A stretch of 63,858 nt of DNA, filler included, from Lenisia limosa (lineage: Eukaryota > Protista > Breviatea), in the NCBI GenBank assembly GCA_001655205.1. It is 13 parts of 13 records of this genome, joined end to end, with 100 filler letters (N's around TTAATTAATTAA, not from the genome) between each part and the next. Parts side by side here need not be neighbours in the genome. Positions count along the whole stretch, not along the records: positions 20,881 to 37,783 come from LPNZ01001690.1; positions 37,884 to 42,623 come from LPNZ01010187.1; positions 42,724 to 51,056 come from LPNZ01008718.1; 10 more parts are not named here. One strand, 5' to 3'. The position numbers and the translations under genes were made by a program. Position 1 is the stretch's first letter. Each line of letters starts with the position of its first letter. Below the pieces are notes generated by a model. The model had not been told where the DNA came from. It saw only the letters and a program-made list of their open reading frames with translations, and did no database searches. Positions 37,039 to 50,049 of the stretch are shown here, in pieces.

Positions 37039-37999
37039 ATTTAGCAAAATGAATTATATTGTATATTATTAAGGTTGTCTCTATGTTTTGTGTGTGTCTG
37101 ATGGTGGTTACTGTACATATATGTAATATACTCTCTACAGTGAAAATGACTGTTCTGGGGAATACAAAAAGGAAAAGAGTTGTAGATACTTTTCGAAACA
37201 CCAATAATATTCATAAAGAAAAGAAAAAAACAGGAATTATGGTGGATTGCCAGGAAAATTCAAAATAATTATATCATCCCATACCATAATAATACCATCA
37301 AGAAAGTAGAAAGTGACTACAATGAACAGTGGAGCTTTAATCCTGAATCATCAGGTTTTAAAGGTTGGGGAATTGAACCCTTTTTGTGACAGAGAACAAG
37401 AGTTGTAGGTAAATAATAATTTTTTTTTTTTTTTTTTTATAGATTGTATGATTGACTAGTATATAAAATATATCACACCGGAGCATATGTGGAAGGACTC
37501 AGTGCCCTACCGGTATTGCCTCTTTTTTGCCTTGTTTGCTCGATCGCCAAATAAAGAGGGAAATGAAAATACCAAAGGTGGCGATAATTGCTGCGGGAGT
37601 GAGTATGATGAAGTTTAGAAATGGTGGGGAGGAATAACGGACCTAACAAACAAATCTACTCTAATGAATAAATTGTATTGCGGTGTGGGGATAGTATTAC
37701 AAATGGACCGAAAATATTGATAGTAATGAATGTGTAGAAGTATACATGTATATAGCAATGAATAATTTAAATAAGGTTGTATCNNNNNNNNNNNNNNNNN
37801 NNNNNNNNNNNNNNNNNNNNNNNNNNNTTAATTAATTAANNNNNNNNNNNNNNNNNNNNNNNNNNNNNNNNNNNNNNNNNNNNACAAAGCCCAGGCCAGT
37901 TGCTTCTGCAGCATCGAGGGTATTTATCAATAAAATCGAAGCCATCCACATGTGACAAATTATTTATCACATTAGGCTTAAAATACCCCCCTCCCCCAC

Positions 38000-40900
38000 A
38001 GGTAGTAGAACTGCACGCAGTTGTCGGTGTCTTTGTTCTCAAGCCCCAGGGCGATACGATGGAAGTTCTTGCCATATTGACAGACCTAAAGAGTCATTTA
38101 TCAGAAGGGTGTCGCCTTTATTACCTCTTATATAATATCCCAGAGTTACACTCTAATATCCCAGAGTTACAAATATCCCATAGTTACACTCTAATATCCC
38201 AGAGTTACACTCTAATATCCCATAGCTACACTCTAATATCCCATAGCTACACTCTCATATTTAATATCATAGAGCAATGAGTAAAAAAACAAGGATGTCT
38301 GGCCGAAGCCGTCCACACCATCACACCTACATGTATAAGAGATATTGAATTATTGTATAATAGTAATTCACCCAATCATTTGCCTTACAACTCCGTGCAC
38401 ACAGTTTTCTGCGTGCCTCCGGCACGCAGCATACATATGAAATCCCCACCCCCTCCCCCACCTTATGTATAAAATACCGCTGCTCGGAAGGCCTCCAAGG
38501 GTTTCGTTGGCAGTACTCCAGGTGATCTCTAACCTGAGACGTATGAGAGCTGTATGAGAGACGTATGAGAGACGTATGAGAGACGTATGAGAGCCTAATA
38601 TATTATTTATTATACCTATGAATTCCCTCCGGTCCCAAAAAAGACGGAATGTTTCGATAAATCCTCGATAAATATCGATATTAACCGGTCTATTTCGGAC
38701 CGTAGAGAAGCCTTAATTATATCACATAGTAGATCACTTTTTGGATCATTTTAACATGTGCGAAGAATCATTTTCCCGCAGTGATTAATAATTCATATCC
38801 ACTCGCATGATAATTGACCGACACGTCTCAATGATAAGATGTATAAACACCACATATCATATAAGATGTCCAAATGCCCCCGCCCCCCCTCACTGGGTCA
38901 GTCACCAGGCTATTATCATCGTAGTAACAGGTCTCAAAATCTGGCTGGAAACATGTCTGCGGGAGGAATAAATGGGGGGGAAAATAATACATTCACATAG
39001 TATACACAATGGATTAAATAAGCCCAAAATCAACTATGTTGGCTTGGGGAGGAGCGAGTGAAAAAATGAAAAATATATGAAACTAAAAAAAAAAGCGGGA
39101 GGTTTGAAATCAAATAAAAAAACAAAGTCCATGCAGCACCGCATCCTATCAATTCAGCGTGAGTAAGATTGGAATGCATTGTGGCTCACTTCGGTTCGAA
39201 AAAAGACGGAATTCTCGATACATTATTGAAAACTATCGATATTTTATGGGGTTTTTTATGAACCGAAGTGGAACCCGTGGGTGAAATAGACAATTTATCA
39301 AAAAATTGATGCGCTATTTACCCCCCCCCCCCCACCATTTGGGGGATAGTAGCAGCCCCCTTGAAGTAACGTTGGTGGTAAAACTCCTCTTCCAAGGCCT
39401 GTCGAAATTTCAACAAACAAACGGAGAACAGTAAAGGATATTAAAATCATATATCTACAGTGACCGGAATAAGTCTTTACCTATTTCCCTGGGAAATAGC
39501 ATATAGCAAATCGGTCAAGGCCTATCCCGGGTCACTGAATACTGTACAGTTTGGAATATGTCCCCAATACCTTGAGCTTCTTCCTGTACGCTCGCACCGT
39601 TTTGCGAGCAATATTCTTGCTCTCACTCTTGGCTCGTTCAACTCCCTGAATATATTAGTTGCAATTTGCAGGCTTCACTTAAGTTAAAAAAAAGACAGAA
39701 TTCTCGATAAATCTTGATATATCGATAATTTATCAGCTTTTTTCGAACCTAAGTGAAGCCCCACTGTCACCCTTAGTAGAGATATTGAATTATATTATAT
39801 GATATTATGCCAGACAACTCTGAATAAATATTAGTTGTAATACTACTTTTGATGAATACCGCCACCCACCTCAGCCTCATATTCTTTGATGCATTTGTCG
39901 TAATGCCTCGATGCCAAAATGAACTCCTGAGAGGCTGCGGGGGGGGGGGGAGTAAAATCGGAATTTTTTTGAATAATTGGAGTTATGAAAATAAAAAAAA
40001 GCCAAAAATCTGAGGACATATAATCTGGCCGAAGCCATCCACACCATCACGCTTTTTAGAGATATTGAATTGTAGTATAGTATTAACTCATCCATCATAG
40101 TATAGTTGTAATTCAGTAGCAATAGAACCCCCTAAAGCACTCTCTTACATACTTGGAGGATGTCTGCGTGAAATCTGGTCGAATACAACTTGGGACCGAT
40201 TCAATTGTTGCTGCAGTGTAAGAAAGGGGAAGATAATGAAACAAAAAATGATCCAAAAATCAACTCTGCTGGCTGATAAGACATGAGGGTTGAGAACACA
40301 ACTCTGCTGGCTGATAAAACATGAGGGTTGAGAACACAACTCTGCTGGCTGATAAAACATGAGGGTTGAGAACAAGGGGGAACGTGAAATATTTTGTAAC
40401 AATAAAAGCAAAAAAGCTGTCGGAGAAAAAGTGAAGAGAAACACTGTGATAGTAGGTTTGTTCCCTAATTATACAAGTAAACTCACAAACTTGCCGTATT
40501 ACGCAAGTAACACCTGAACACCACCCTCTCCCCCTCACTCCCAGAACATCGTAATAGAAGTCGAAGATGTGCTTAGCCTCCCATTGTTGGTGTTTGAGTC
40601 GGAACTGCAAGGGTGAAATAATGTTGTTGAATAAGGAAACAAAAACAAAGGAAAACCCTGAGATGAAACAAAGTAACAAACTCATATGAACTAATGAGGG
40701 GAAAATACTGTTGTTCAAGGGGGGAAATACTGGTTTTGGGTGAAATACTTAAACTGAAAGGGAAAAGACAAGAAAGAAACAAAACTCCAAGATGACACAA
40801 CGTATCAAACTGTTAAGAACTAATTAGGGGGCGGGCGGCGGGGTGTGGCTTCATTTCATTTCGAAAAAAAGAATTTTCCAACAAGTCCACGAAAACTATC

Positions 40901-42456
40901 GATATTTCGCCGGTATTTTTCGAACCGAAAGTGAAGCCCTAGCCACAAGAGAGAAACAAAACCCTGAGATAAATAGATACGTCAGAAAGATGGATTAACT
41001 CTGCCCTCCCTTGTACCTCTTTCTTTGTTTTCTTGAGGGTTTCTGCATAATATTGACGGACGTTTTTGACCTTTTCAGCGATATGGCCATGAACGTTGCG
41101 GAACTGGGAGGGAGGGGTGAAAATAGAAAATTTGATGAAATGGAAAATGTAATGAAATGTAAAATAAAAAGAGGGGGGTTGGATGAAAATGCTGTGAAGG
41201 TAAAACGATACCCCTTTGCAAACGAAAGTTGTATGTCAGTTTATCATGTCTGTCCTGTTTTCTTGTGACAATGTACAAAAAAAAACAGTTTATTTATTAG
41301 AAACAGGATCCCCCCNNNNNNNNNNNNNNNNNNNNNNNNNNNNNNNNNNNNNNNNNNNNNNNNNNNNNNNNNNNNNNNNNNNNNNNNNNNNNNNNNNNNN
41401 NNNNNNNNNNNNNNNNNNNNNNNNNNNNNNNNNNNNNNNNNNNNNNNNNNNNNNNNNNNNNGTAGAGGTGAAGAAACTAGAGGAATATGGGAATTTGTTT
41501 ATGGTATCCCTATATGTAATTATTTGTTTCCACCAAGGCTGACAAAAGAACCCCCAGCTCCCAACACACACCGAATTATCTCACCACCCGTTAAAACAAA
41601 TTATCACCCTTTCTCTTTATCCACCAAACATTTCCCCATTGATGACAATACTGATGCTCATGAGGCCCTATAAACCCACCTTGGCCGGTCAAAGAACTCG
41701 GGACGTATCTTGCCGCTATACACCACTTCCGCGACCAAATGAGCTACAGAGTTAGTATAAAGGCGACTAACGGATTGGTGTATAATATGATTTGTTGTTT
41801 TTTATTTCTCATTGCAATATTATACTATGTTGCTTGAACCAAGATTGTGAATGATGATGTACGAAAGTCTGGAGAGTTAGAAACAAAGCAAGACGACACA
41901 CAGTATAGTAAGCCTACCCCCCCCCCCCCNNNNNNNNNNNNNNNNNNNNNNNNNNNNNNNNNNNNNNNNNNNNNNNNNNNNNNNNNNNNNNNNNNNNNNN
42001 NNNNNNNNNNNNNNNNNNNNNNNNNNNNNNNNNATCAAAATTTGCTCTTGAGACAATTTAATATCCAAATAGATACGAGCCATACTCTTTTTGATAGATT
42101 TCTCTGTAATCCTGGGGCACCACCAACCTGCATAGAACTGGTCAATGTCAATTCTCGGGGCCCGGCGTCTGGACCTGACTTTGGCCTTGGTACTTTCATC
42201 CTGATGGTTAGATCAGTTAGATCAGGTATATTAGGGAGATCGGCTTCCCTACGGTCCCGAAAAAGACGGAATTTCTCGATAAATCCTCGATAAATATCGA
42301 TATTTTACCGGTCTTTTTCGGATGTAGGGAAGCGGTTATAGACCCCCACCCACAGTGGTTTTAGTTTCCATTTCGAGGGCTTTGCGTCTCATTTCAAGCT
42401 TGGTGATGCTGATATCCAAATCCTCCATTCTCTTCAAGATTCGCTCTTGCTCAATT
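38000..42456 (-). CDS. N-CoR/SMRT/Snt1-like SANT-domain corepressor, partial
   Basis: Spliced reading ERILKRMEDLDISITKLE...FRLKHQQWEAK...ATIPQM...YDDNSLVRD...NPWRPSEQRYFIHKVCQYGKNFHRIALGLENKDTDNCVQFYYL parallels the N-CoR coiled-coil, AVIPPM and SANT1 region. Confidence 0.75.
38133..38262. repeat. Tandem repeat, ~21 bp x ~6 (intronic)
   Basis: Unit AATATCCCA(G/T)AG(T/C)TACACTCT. Confidence 0.85.
40261..40374 (-). repeat. 38-bp triplication inside a family A copy
   Basis: CAACTCTGCTGGCTGATAA(G/A)ACATGAGGGTTGAGAACA starts at 40261, 40299 and 40337. Confidence 0.9.
42243..42333. mobile_element. MITE family C, subfamily b (TIR GCTTCCCTACGGTCCG)
   Basis: GCTTCCCTAC...GTAGGGAAGC inverted ends with the same internal TTTATCGAGGA core. 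Also at 2658-2727, 38624-38712 and 46408-46492. Confidence 0.75.
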
Positions 42457-42956
42457 CTGGAATATAAGGAGAAGGGTGAGAGGAGGAATGGAACGTTTAT
42501 GAACAAAACAATACCCAGAATCGACTCTGTTGGATACGCAGTAGGGATACATACGAGGGTTGAAAACAAAACAGGAAAAGTGCGGACCAGTCGCTGAAAT
42601 AGACGAGGAAACTCCAGCCTTCANNNNNNNNNNNNNNNNNNNNNNNNNNNNNNNNNNNNNNNNNNNNTTAATTAATTAANNNNNNNNNNNNNNNNNNNNN
42701 NNNNNNNNNNNNNNNNNNNNNNNCCGAACTTTGACTCGGATGAACAGCTGCGATGGCGTGCTTTAAAGGTTATGTTGTCCCGAGGGTTCCAATCCCCCTC
42801 CTAGGGTTTTTTTTTTGTTATCTCGGGTCTTTTTTAGGTTCTTGTTTAAGTTATTTTAATGTTCAAGTCCCCTGTCCTTTGTTTTTTTTAAGTTAGTTTG
42901 TGTGTCCAAGGTTATTATTTAAGTTTATTCCAGTCCCCCCCCCCCCNNNNNNNNNN

Positions 42957-45900
42957 TTGGCGTAAACCGCCTCTTTTGGGCAGTACGGGCATTTGAACAT
43001 GGTTGCAGCGTTGTGAGAGAGTTTCTCCACAGACGCTTTGCTGATGACGTGGCCGCAGGGCAGCATTGTGGGCGGATTACAAATTGTGGTTTCCTCTCCT
43101 GGGGGGGGGGGGGGNNNNNNNNNNNNNNNNNNNNNNNNNNNNNNNNNNNNNNNNNNNNNNNNNNNNNNNNNNNNNNNNNNNNNNNNNNNNNNNNNNNNNN
43201 NNNNNNAAGTAACATGCTTAACAATCCTTGGTGGAGCGTTTTATACAGGTGGGTATCAACATGAGATTTGTCAGTTAATAATTACCCAAGTGGATAAGCA
43301 CTGTTACATCACTGTGAAATACCAGTTAAGGAGCGAAAGTGAATCACAATGCTACATAAATATAAGACCAAAATATGATAATCTTGATAAGATGGAAACA
43401 TCTAGTTGGACCCTAATGCTCCAAAGGAAATCCGCGAATGTGTCGATTAAAGCTAAGAGACTTATAATATTCTGATGATTACTTTAGAATAACATACGAT
43501 GATATACATCTTAGATTAAAGACCCCCAAAACGAGTGACAGGACAGGAGAAGAGCGAGTGATAGTGAAGGCCTGAGGGGAGGGGCACTTCGACAGGCAGA
43601 ACTTCCTATTATGGCAAGTTAAAGAAGAGTTTCATAAAGGAGGAAATTTGAAGCAAGTTATTGTCTCGCATGTCATTTTGTACATTATTTTGGCCACTTT
43701 TTGCTACTTTCTCAACAAAGAAATCATAATCTAAGATGTATAATTCCGATTTACGCATATCAATATCTCATAATTCAACATTTTGACACAATCACTCACT
43801 TGACACGACCAGTGATCTGGACTAGCGGTTGTACCGTATATCCGGGGGCACAGAATAGCCTGGGCTGAAGATACAAAGGCTTGGTTCTAGAGAGAGGGTC
43901 AGGTTTAAAAATAAAGGGGGTTAATCTCTAGGTATTCATAGAGTAAGCGTTCCCACTGGTTATATATGTATAGTGACCAGGATAATTCTTGACCGATTTA
44001 CAATGGATATCCCTCATGAAATTCGGTCAATTCTTATCCCAGTCACTGTAGATAGAATACAATGACCATGATGTTTGTCATATCCAATATTGAAGTGAAA
44101 ATGATTCTGTTATACAAGACTTACCACGGGCATGATCTCGTGTTACATATATCATTCATTTATATCATATGTTGATAACAATATTACCTCATAAAACAGC
44201 AACTTATGCCACTTTCCTCATCTCACCTGAGCAGCTTTGTACAATAAGGGAAGGGCAATTCTTCCAGCCTTTACTCTGATTTTGTTACAAATGCCATAAA
44301 TAGTTGCAAATAGGGTATTTGTAGTCTGAGATAGTTATAATATTTTAAATCTTAGAAATTGCTACAATTTGGAGTAACTCTTACAGATGGATCAAAAATA
44401 GCGCTTGTAAAATCAACAACGCTCAAAATGGAAATCAAACTATCCCATACCTGTTTGGTCCACCACTATTCCCTCCAAGACCATTATCTTGCCCAAATCC
44501 CTTTACTTCTTCCCTCCCCCCCACGCTACAGCCAGGGAACTTTGATGCGGAAGACCTATTGCACTGCATGCTTCCGTACGGAAATACTCCCTTAATGGCA
44601 TGAAATTAACGAAATACACCAAATATCATAAAATTTATAAAATAACCCTAAATGTCACTACATATGAAATGACCGCAAATGTTACAACATTTGTGTTGCA
44701 ATATATTTGTTCAAGAAACTAATTGCATAGATTCTAAACATATTTCCCAAGGTTACACTTGTGACCAATTCCCCCATAGATCTCAATCGCTGCTCTTTTT
44801 TTGAGAGAAAGATCTTTGGGATCCCATTAATATTTAGATTAAATCCGCTCGCGAGTTGACTTACTTAAGCCTCAGTAAGCTGTCACCGGAGTAGAGGTCC
44901 TGGTAACCGCCGATCCCAATAAACTCGCGTCTCTTGGACTCCTTCGAAAGTAAGAAGGCAAACGGTATAAAAGGAGATGACTGTTACAGTTATACAGTTT
45001 ATATTTTACGTGAGATAATTAAATTTCAAAAGGGGTGTGGAATTAAAATTTGGAAGAATTTATGTTTCAAAGTTAAGGGGGAAACGAGTACATTTAAAAG
45101 ATGTGGCAGATTAGAGTCACTTACAAATAGGTTGAGAAAAGGATAATTCAAATGGAACTGTTGTAATTATTGAAACAAATAATACATTTTATTAAATCTA
45201 TCACCGTCTCATACATCATTCCCCAAACCTCCATACTGCCCATCACCGCGATCAGGCCCATGAGCCGTTGTAGGTCTAAATGAATCAAATGCGTTGAATA
45301 ATCATCATATTTGAGTAAACGCACTATTTTATTTCAAAACATGATGAGAAACACTTTTATCCTTTAAGGACTCAGCCAAAACACAAAAAAGATATTGGGG
45401 TGAACTTCCCACCATGTTGGTGATGATCACGGGCAAAAGGAGCAACATTGCTTTGAATAAATAGCAGGGCATCTTTGATATCCTAGGGGAATTTAGGGAA
45501 GCTGAAATTATGTGAACTCTTATTTCCTTATTTGGAAATGATTAAGCAGGAATCCAAACCAAACTCATGACATATTATAACAGAACCCAATCCACAACTC
45601 TGGTCACTCATTTCAAAATCCTTGTACACTCTAATGCTTGGAAAAACACCCGCTCGTAGGTTTAATTTTGTTTTTACGGCTTGCTTTAACACGTCGTAGA
45701 CTTGGTGGATAATATTTGGAAATAAGAAATATGACAAACTACACTCACCAAACACACAAAGAAAATCTGTAATTTTTTTAACCCACTTGATGGATAATGA
45801 TACTTCTGGGGGTCTAAAACAGTTATTGGAATGTCACGTACAAGATCGAGGTAGTAACATTAAAATGGTAAATGGAATCTGGCAGAAGCGATTGCTGTGT

Positions 45901-48900
45901 GAGTACTTATGGTACAATTTGCCAAGTTACAGTATGTGTGATAACAAAAGAGCAAAACGCAAAATTGTCAATAAACAATCCCCTTACCAGTTCAGCACAG
46001 CTCTCAGCCTTTCCATCACCATTGTCTTCATCTTTAGCTTCCTCAAATGTGCAATATTCTGGAAACGTGTAGGGTTCGGGACCAATCCCCATAAAACCCG
46101 GATTGAGTCCATTGCAGAACTGGTGGCATGATATGTCGCGAACCAGGCTTGGCATGCTCTGGTATATGTCTTCTGTCATCCATTTGTCTGGGGTGTAGTA
46201 AGAATGGCCTCATTTGGGAGTGAAATGATTGTGGATTATTTGAGGTATATTTGATCATATGCATATAGTGTTTAGCATTTCTTCTTCCCTCCATTTCGGG
46301 AGCTTTGTTGCTTAGTCGATCATATTACCTGTTTTCTGTCATCTACTTATCTTTATGCCTTTCCTACCCTGTTGCCATCATCTTTACACACTATAAGTAG
46401 CACTTACATACGGACCAAAAAAGACCGTACAAATATTGGTTTCTATCGAGGTATTCCATCATTTTTGGGATCGTAGGGAAGCACCCATAAGGCCTGTCAC
46501 CTTCCTTACCCACCATAAGGCCTGTCACATTCTTCTTTGGCTGCTTCACTGCTGCGTTTCAAGCTGCCTGACGGGAGCGACTTGGCCCAAAGTGGCTGGC
46601 AATCCATTTCCCTTCTCAGTGAAAATCAGACAAAGAGAAGCGTGTAAATAATCATTTGTGTCAATTTGACTCAGTGAATCATATTATCTACAATATCAAA
46701 TATGATGGCACACGGACACACAAGCCACCCCACAGATCAAGCCCATCGGAATCTGGCTCTGGAATCGGAGGGGTGTAATTGGGGCAAATCATCTCTAACA
46801 CTTTGGTTCGGTTCAGAGCGTAGAGCAAATTACTGGTCTGTGTTGTCAGTAGTCTCAATAGAAACACTTAAACTTATTCCTTACTGTTACACTTGGCAAT
46901 ATTCAGTTAAACCTGTCAACTCATACTTGCTTTGTTGATAAATGAAGCATATAATACGGCGCATGACTTAGAATTCCTTTGAAAAAGTTGAGATTCCCAC
47001 TATGTATACATGGGAATTCCATGTAATATTCGAGTTCCCTAACTCATAGTGTATTATTAGGTGACATTCTCTCTTCCACGTCCCACCTGTGTTCCTAAAA
47101 GGGCAGTATTTGCTTTAATCCACCTGAATGATTATAACTAGTATTCCTTACAATTCATTTAAAATGGAAGAACAATTAAATTGCAAAAACAATGTTTTTG
47201 AAAATTTCGCCCGCTTTTCCGTGGAATACTGTAAGAAATATGCACTTTTCTGAGTCAACTCCAAGAGAATTGGAATTTTGTCGTTTTCTAGGTATTAACT
47301 TTTCCTGAAATATTGGTCAAATCGTATAGTTTTTCTAAAATCACCCATAGAAAGTGCAGAATTCTATTAATTTATATAACTGTACCTTATAAAGGAATTC
47401 AGCTAAAAATCTCACGGAAAGGATTAAACTCAAAATTATACATTTGTCCACCTCAGGCCCCAAATCGTATAACCTAGGTTTCAAACATTTAATTGGACTC
47501 CCGCTTTAATGCAGTAATTATTTGATAAAATTTAAAATTAAAGTGTCAGAAAAGGGGTTCTACCATATGGTATTCAATTTCTTAGGTAGTTACACATAGT
47601 ACTGATTTAAGTAAAAAAAATTATTAAGATGATTCAATTACATGAAGTAAAATCTGATTTCGTCAGTCAAGACTTATTACTGCCTGGTGGGTACAGTTTC
47701 GACTCAAAAGTCGATCATATAATACTCTTGGATAGAGGACAATTACATGATCTAATCACAGGAGAACATTTACAACCTTGTATTTCTCATTTCCATTATT
47801 TATTTCACTGTACCATTTACTATCTTGTTTTTTTTCGTCATTTTAACATTTACTACCCCTTGGCATACTCCCTTGCACTCTCAAAGGAGGCTTTTTCAAT
47901 GTCCTTAAGAACAAAGTGCAAAGCTCGGAACGGGATTCGGATGCTAGACGGGAGGGAGTATCCACTTTCCTATTTGAAATAAAGAAAATTCATAATATAA
48001 ATGACAGAGAGTAACATTAACAGTCGCATCAAGACTGTTTTCATGTCACATACAGGCCCTCCTCATACATCTTCCAGAGTATCAGCAACACTAAATTGGC
48101 CTTTCCAGAGGAGGTGGCCTGAAATAGCGTTACCGATCACCTGATCAGTGACCTCCACCATTCCCTCGTGACTTGGCTCTTCCGGCTCGGCCTGCAGCTG
48201 TAAGAGGCTATTGAGGATATCATATGATAAGACATTGGGGGGAATATTGAGGATATATAGGAAAGGTGTCGGGGGATGGGGGATCAAAATACGAAGGATG
48301 ATAAAGCCGGTGAGCTGGGAAAAGAGGAACACTGACTGGATAAGTCCTGATAAGATTGGCTTCAGATAAAGCTCAATATCCGAGTGTCTGTATACCTATG
48401 GCCCTCAGAATTGGTTTTGTACTATTCAGAATTTCATTTTTCAATGGTGGTCAGACCTTATCAATTGCCTTTCCAAGTTTGTTCAGCGCAAGATGATAGT
48501 CTTTTTGCTCTTTATGAAACACCGCCTAGAGAGTCAGTATTCGATTTGCTGTAATGGATTACATAAATAAAAGTGATGGTTGCATTTTGGAGTTCGAAAT
48601 GAATTTTCAAATTCGTGCCCCATTATAGAACGGATCAGTTTCCTTCCCCCACGCAGTGATCAGTGTTCTTCACGGCCCTTGCAAGTGGTATAAATAGATC
48701 ATGGTTGACTTCATCTGTTGGCTGCTCTGGGAGGGTAAATAATCTGTCATATGATGAGTAATCTGATGAGGGTACAAAATGATTGTTAAGATGGTTCCTT
48801 GGTGAAAATGAATTCAGGTCTAGGCGCTCACTGTTTTTGCACTTTTTAAAAAAATAATCGTCCAGTTTTTTTTTTTGTTAATGAGATTTTCAATACTCTG

Positions 48901-49538
48901 AAAGCAAGGAAGGGTAATCAAAGTTGAATGACTGAAATTGACTTTGAAGATTAATTGAATTTGATTCCCTCCAGCATTACCTTCAGTCTCCTTGATGAGC
49001 GCGTTCAAAGAGTCCAAAAGACTCTTCACAGCCTGCTTGTCAGTAGTGTATGCCTTTTTTTGTACCTTTTCAACCTGCGGGATAAAATGAAAAACAAAAC
49101 ACTAAAAAACAGAATTAACTCTGTTCGCTAGCATTGTGAATGGAAATATGGTGAAATGACAGAAGAAAGAAATAGAATTTTGGGGCTTCTCTGATAGTCT
49201 CCCAATTTCCAAGCTTGATGGTAAAACAAACAAAAACATAAAAATAGTGACCTCTTGTTAACCATTAATATGAAGATAAGAAAATCGGTAGTATCAAGCC
49301 AAAGCAATATATCCCTCACACTTATAAGAGATATTGGATTATAGTCATTAACCAATCTGTTTTCGATGTCAATACAAAATGCACCCTGGGGGGAAAATAA
49401 AAACAAGTTTATCCAAGCTTTGATAACTGGTTATTTACTACATACATACATCTAGGACCGTGAAATAATATTATCAAACACATGTTAAACACTTTGTTGT
49501 TCTCGTACCTTGCTCAGAGTGGTTGCCACAACCTCCAT
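42957..49538 (-). CDS. RMND5: RMND5/GID2 RING subunit of the CTLH/GID E3 ligase
   Basis: ATG at 49538. LisH VIGNAISGHLLWKGQFSVA; CTLH start PFRALHFVLKDIEK; CRA DALLFIQSNVAPFA...LQRLMGLI...ACSAIGLPHQSSL; RING LPVEVPLPSGLHYHSLFSCPVTREE...NPPTMLPCGHVISK...FKCPYCP. Confidence 0.85.
43971..44048. mobile_element. Tc1/mariner-type MITE family E (CAGTG...CACTG, TA target)
   Basis: TA|TAGTGACCAGGATAATTCTTGACCGA...TCGGTCAATTCTTATCCCAGTCACTG|TA. Copies at 39458-39537 and 16855-17001, the latter with an internal duplication. Confidence 0.8.
47203..47357. repeat. Dispersed repeat shared with 58023-58190 (inverted)
   Basis: TTCTGAGTCAACTCCAAGAGAATTGGA...TTTTGTCGTTTTCTAGGTATTAACTTTTC.TGAAATATTGGTCAAATCGTATAG...AATCACCCATAGAAAGTGC is present on two different contigs. 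Confidence 0.85.
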
Positions 49539-50049
49539 CGAATCTCTAAACGAAAGGAAAGCTGCGTTTCACTTCAGATTATCACGCTGAAATTGCTGTT
49601 TCTCATCTTCTTCCAATCATCTTTTGAAATATTATTTAATCATCTATCATCTCTCATTTTCAACTCCAATTCAAATGGAGGAGAGGAGTCTAAGTCGACA
49701 AATAAGGAAAGTTGAGATTGAAATGGGAAAGGTGGAATGGTGGTCCTTGATTAAGCCTAGATTAATGCGAATATATCGATGAGAGAACAACACAATAACG
49801 TATTAAGGAACTGTAGGGGTATGAAGGCGGCAGAGCAGGTATGAATTTGCGCAAGGTTTGCGTATCCGCGCAAGCTCATCGCTCACTGGCTGCTCTCGGC
49901 TGNNNNNNNNNNNNNNNNNNNNNNNNNNNNNNNNNNNNNNNNNNNNNNNNNNNNNNNNNNNNNNNNNNNNNNNNNNNNNNNNNNNNNNNNNNNNNNNNCG
50001 ACGACAATCCACAACAAATCCACAAATCGTCTCACTCAACAAACAGAAG

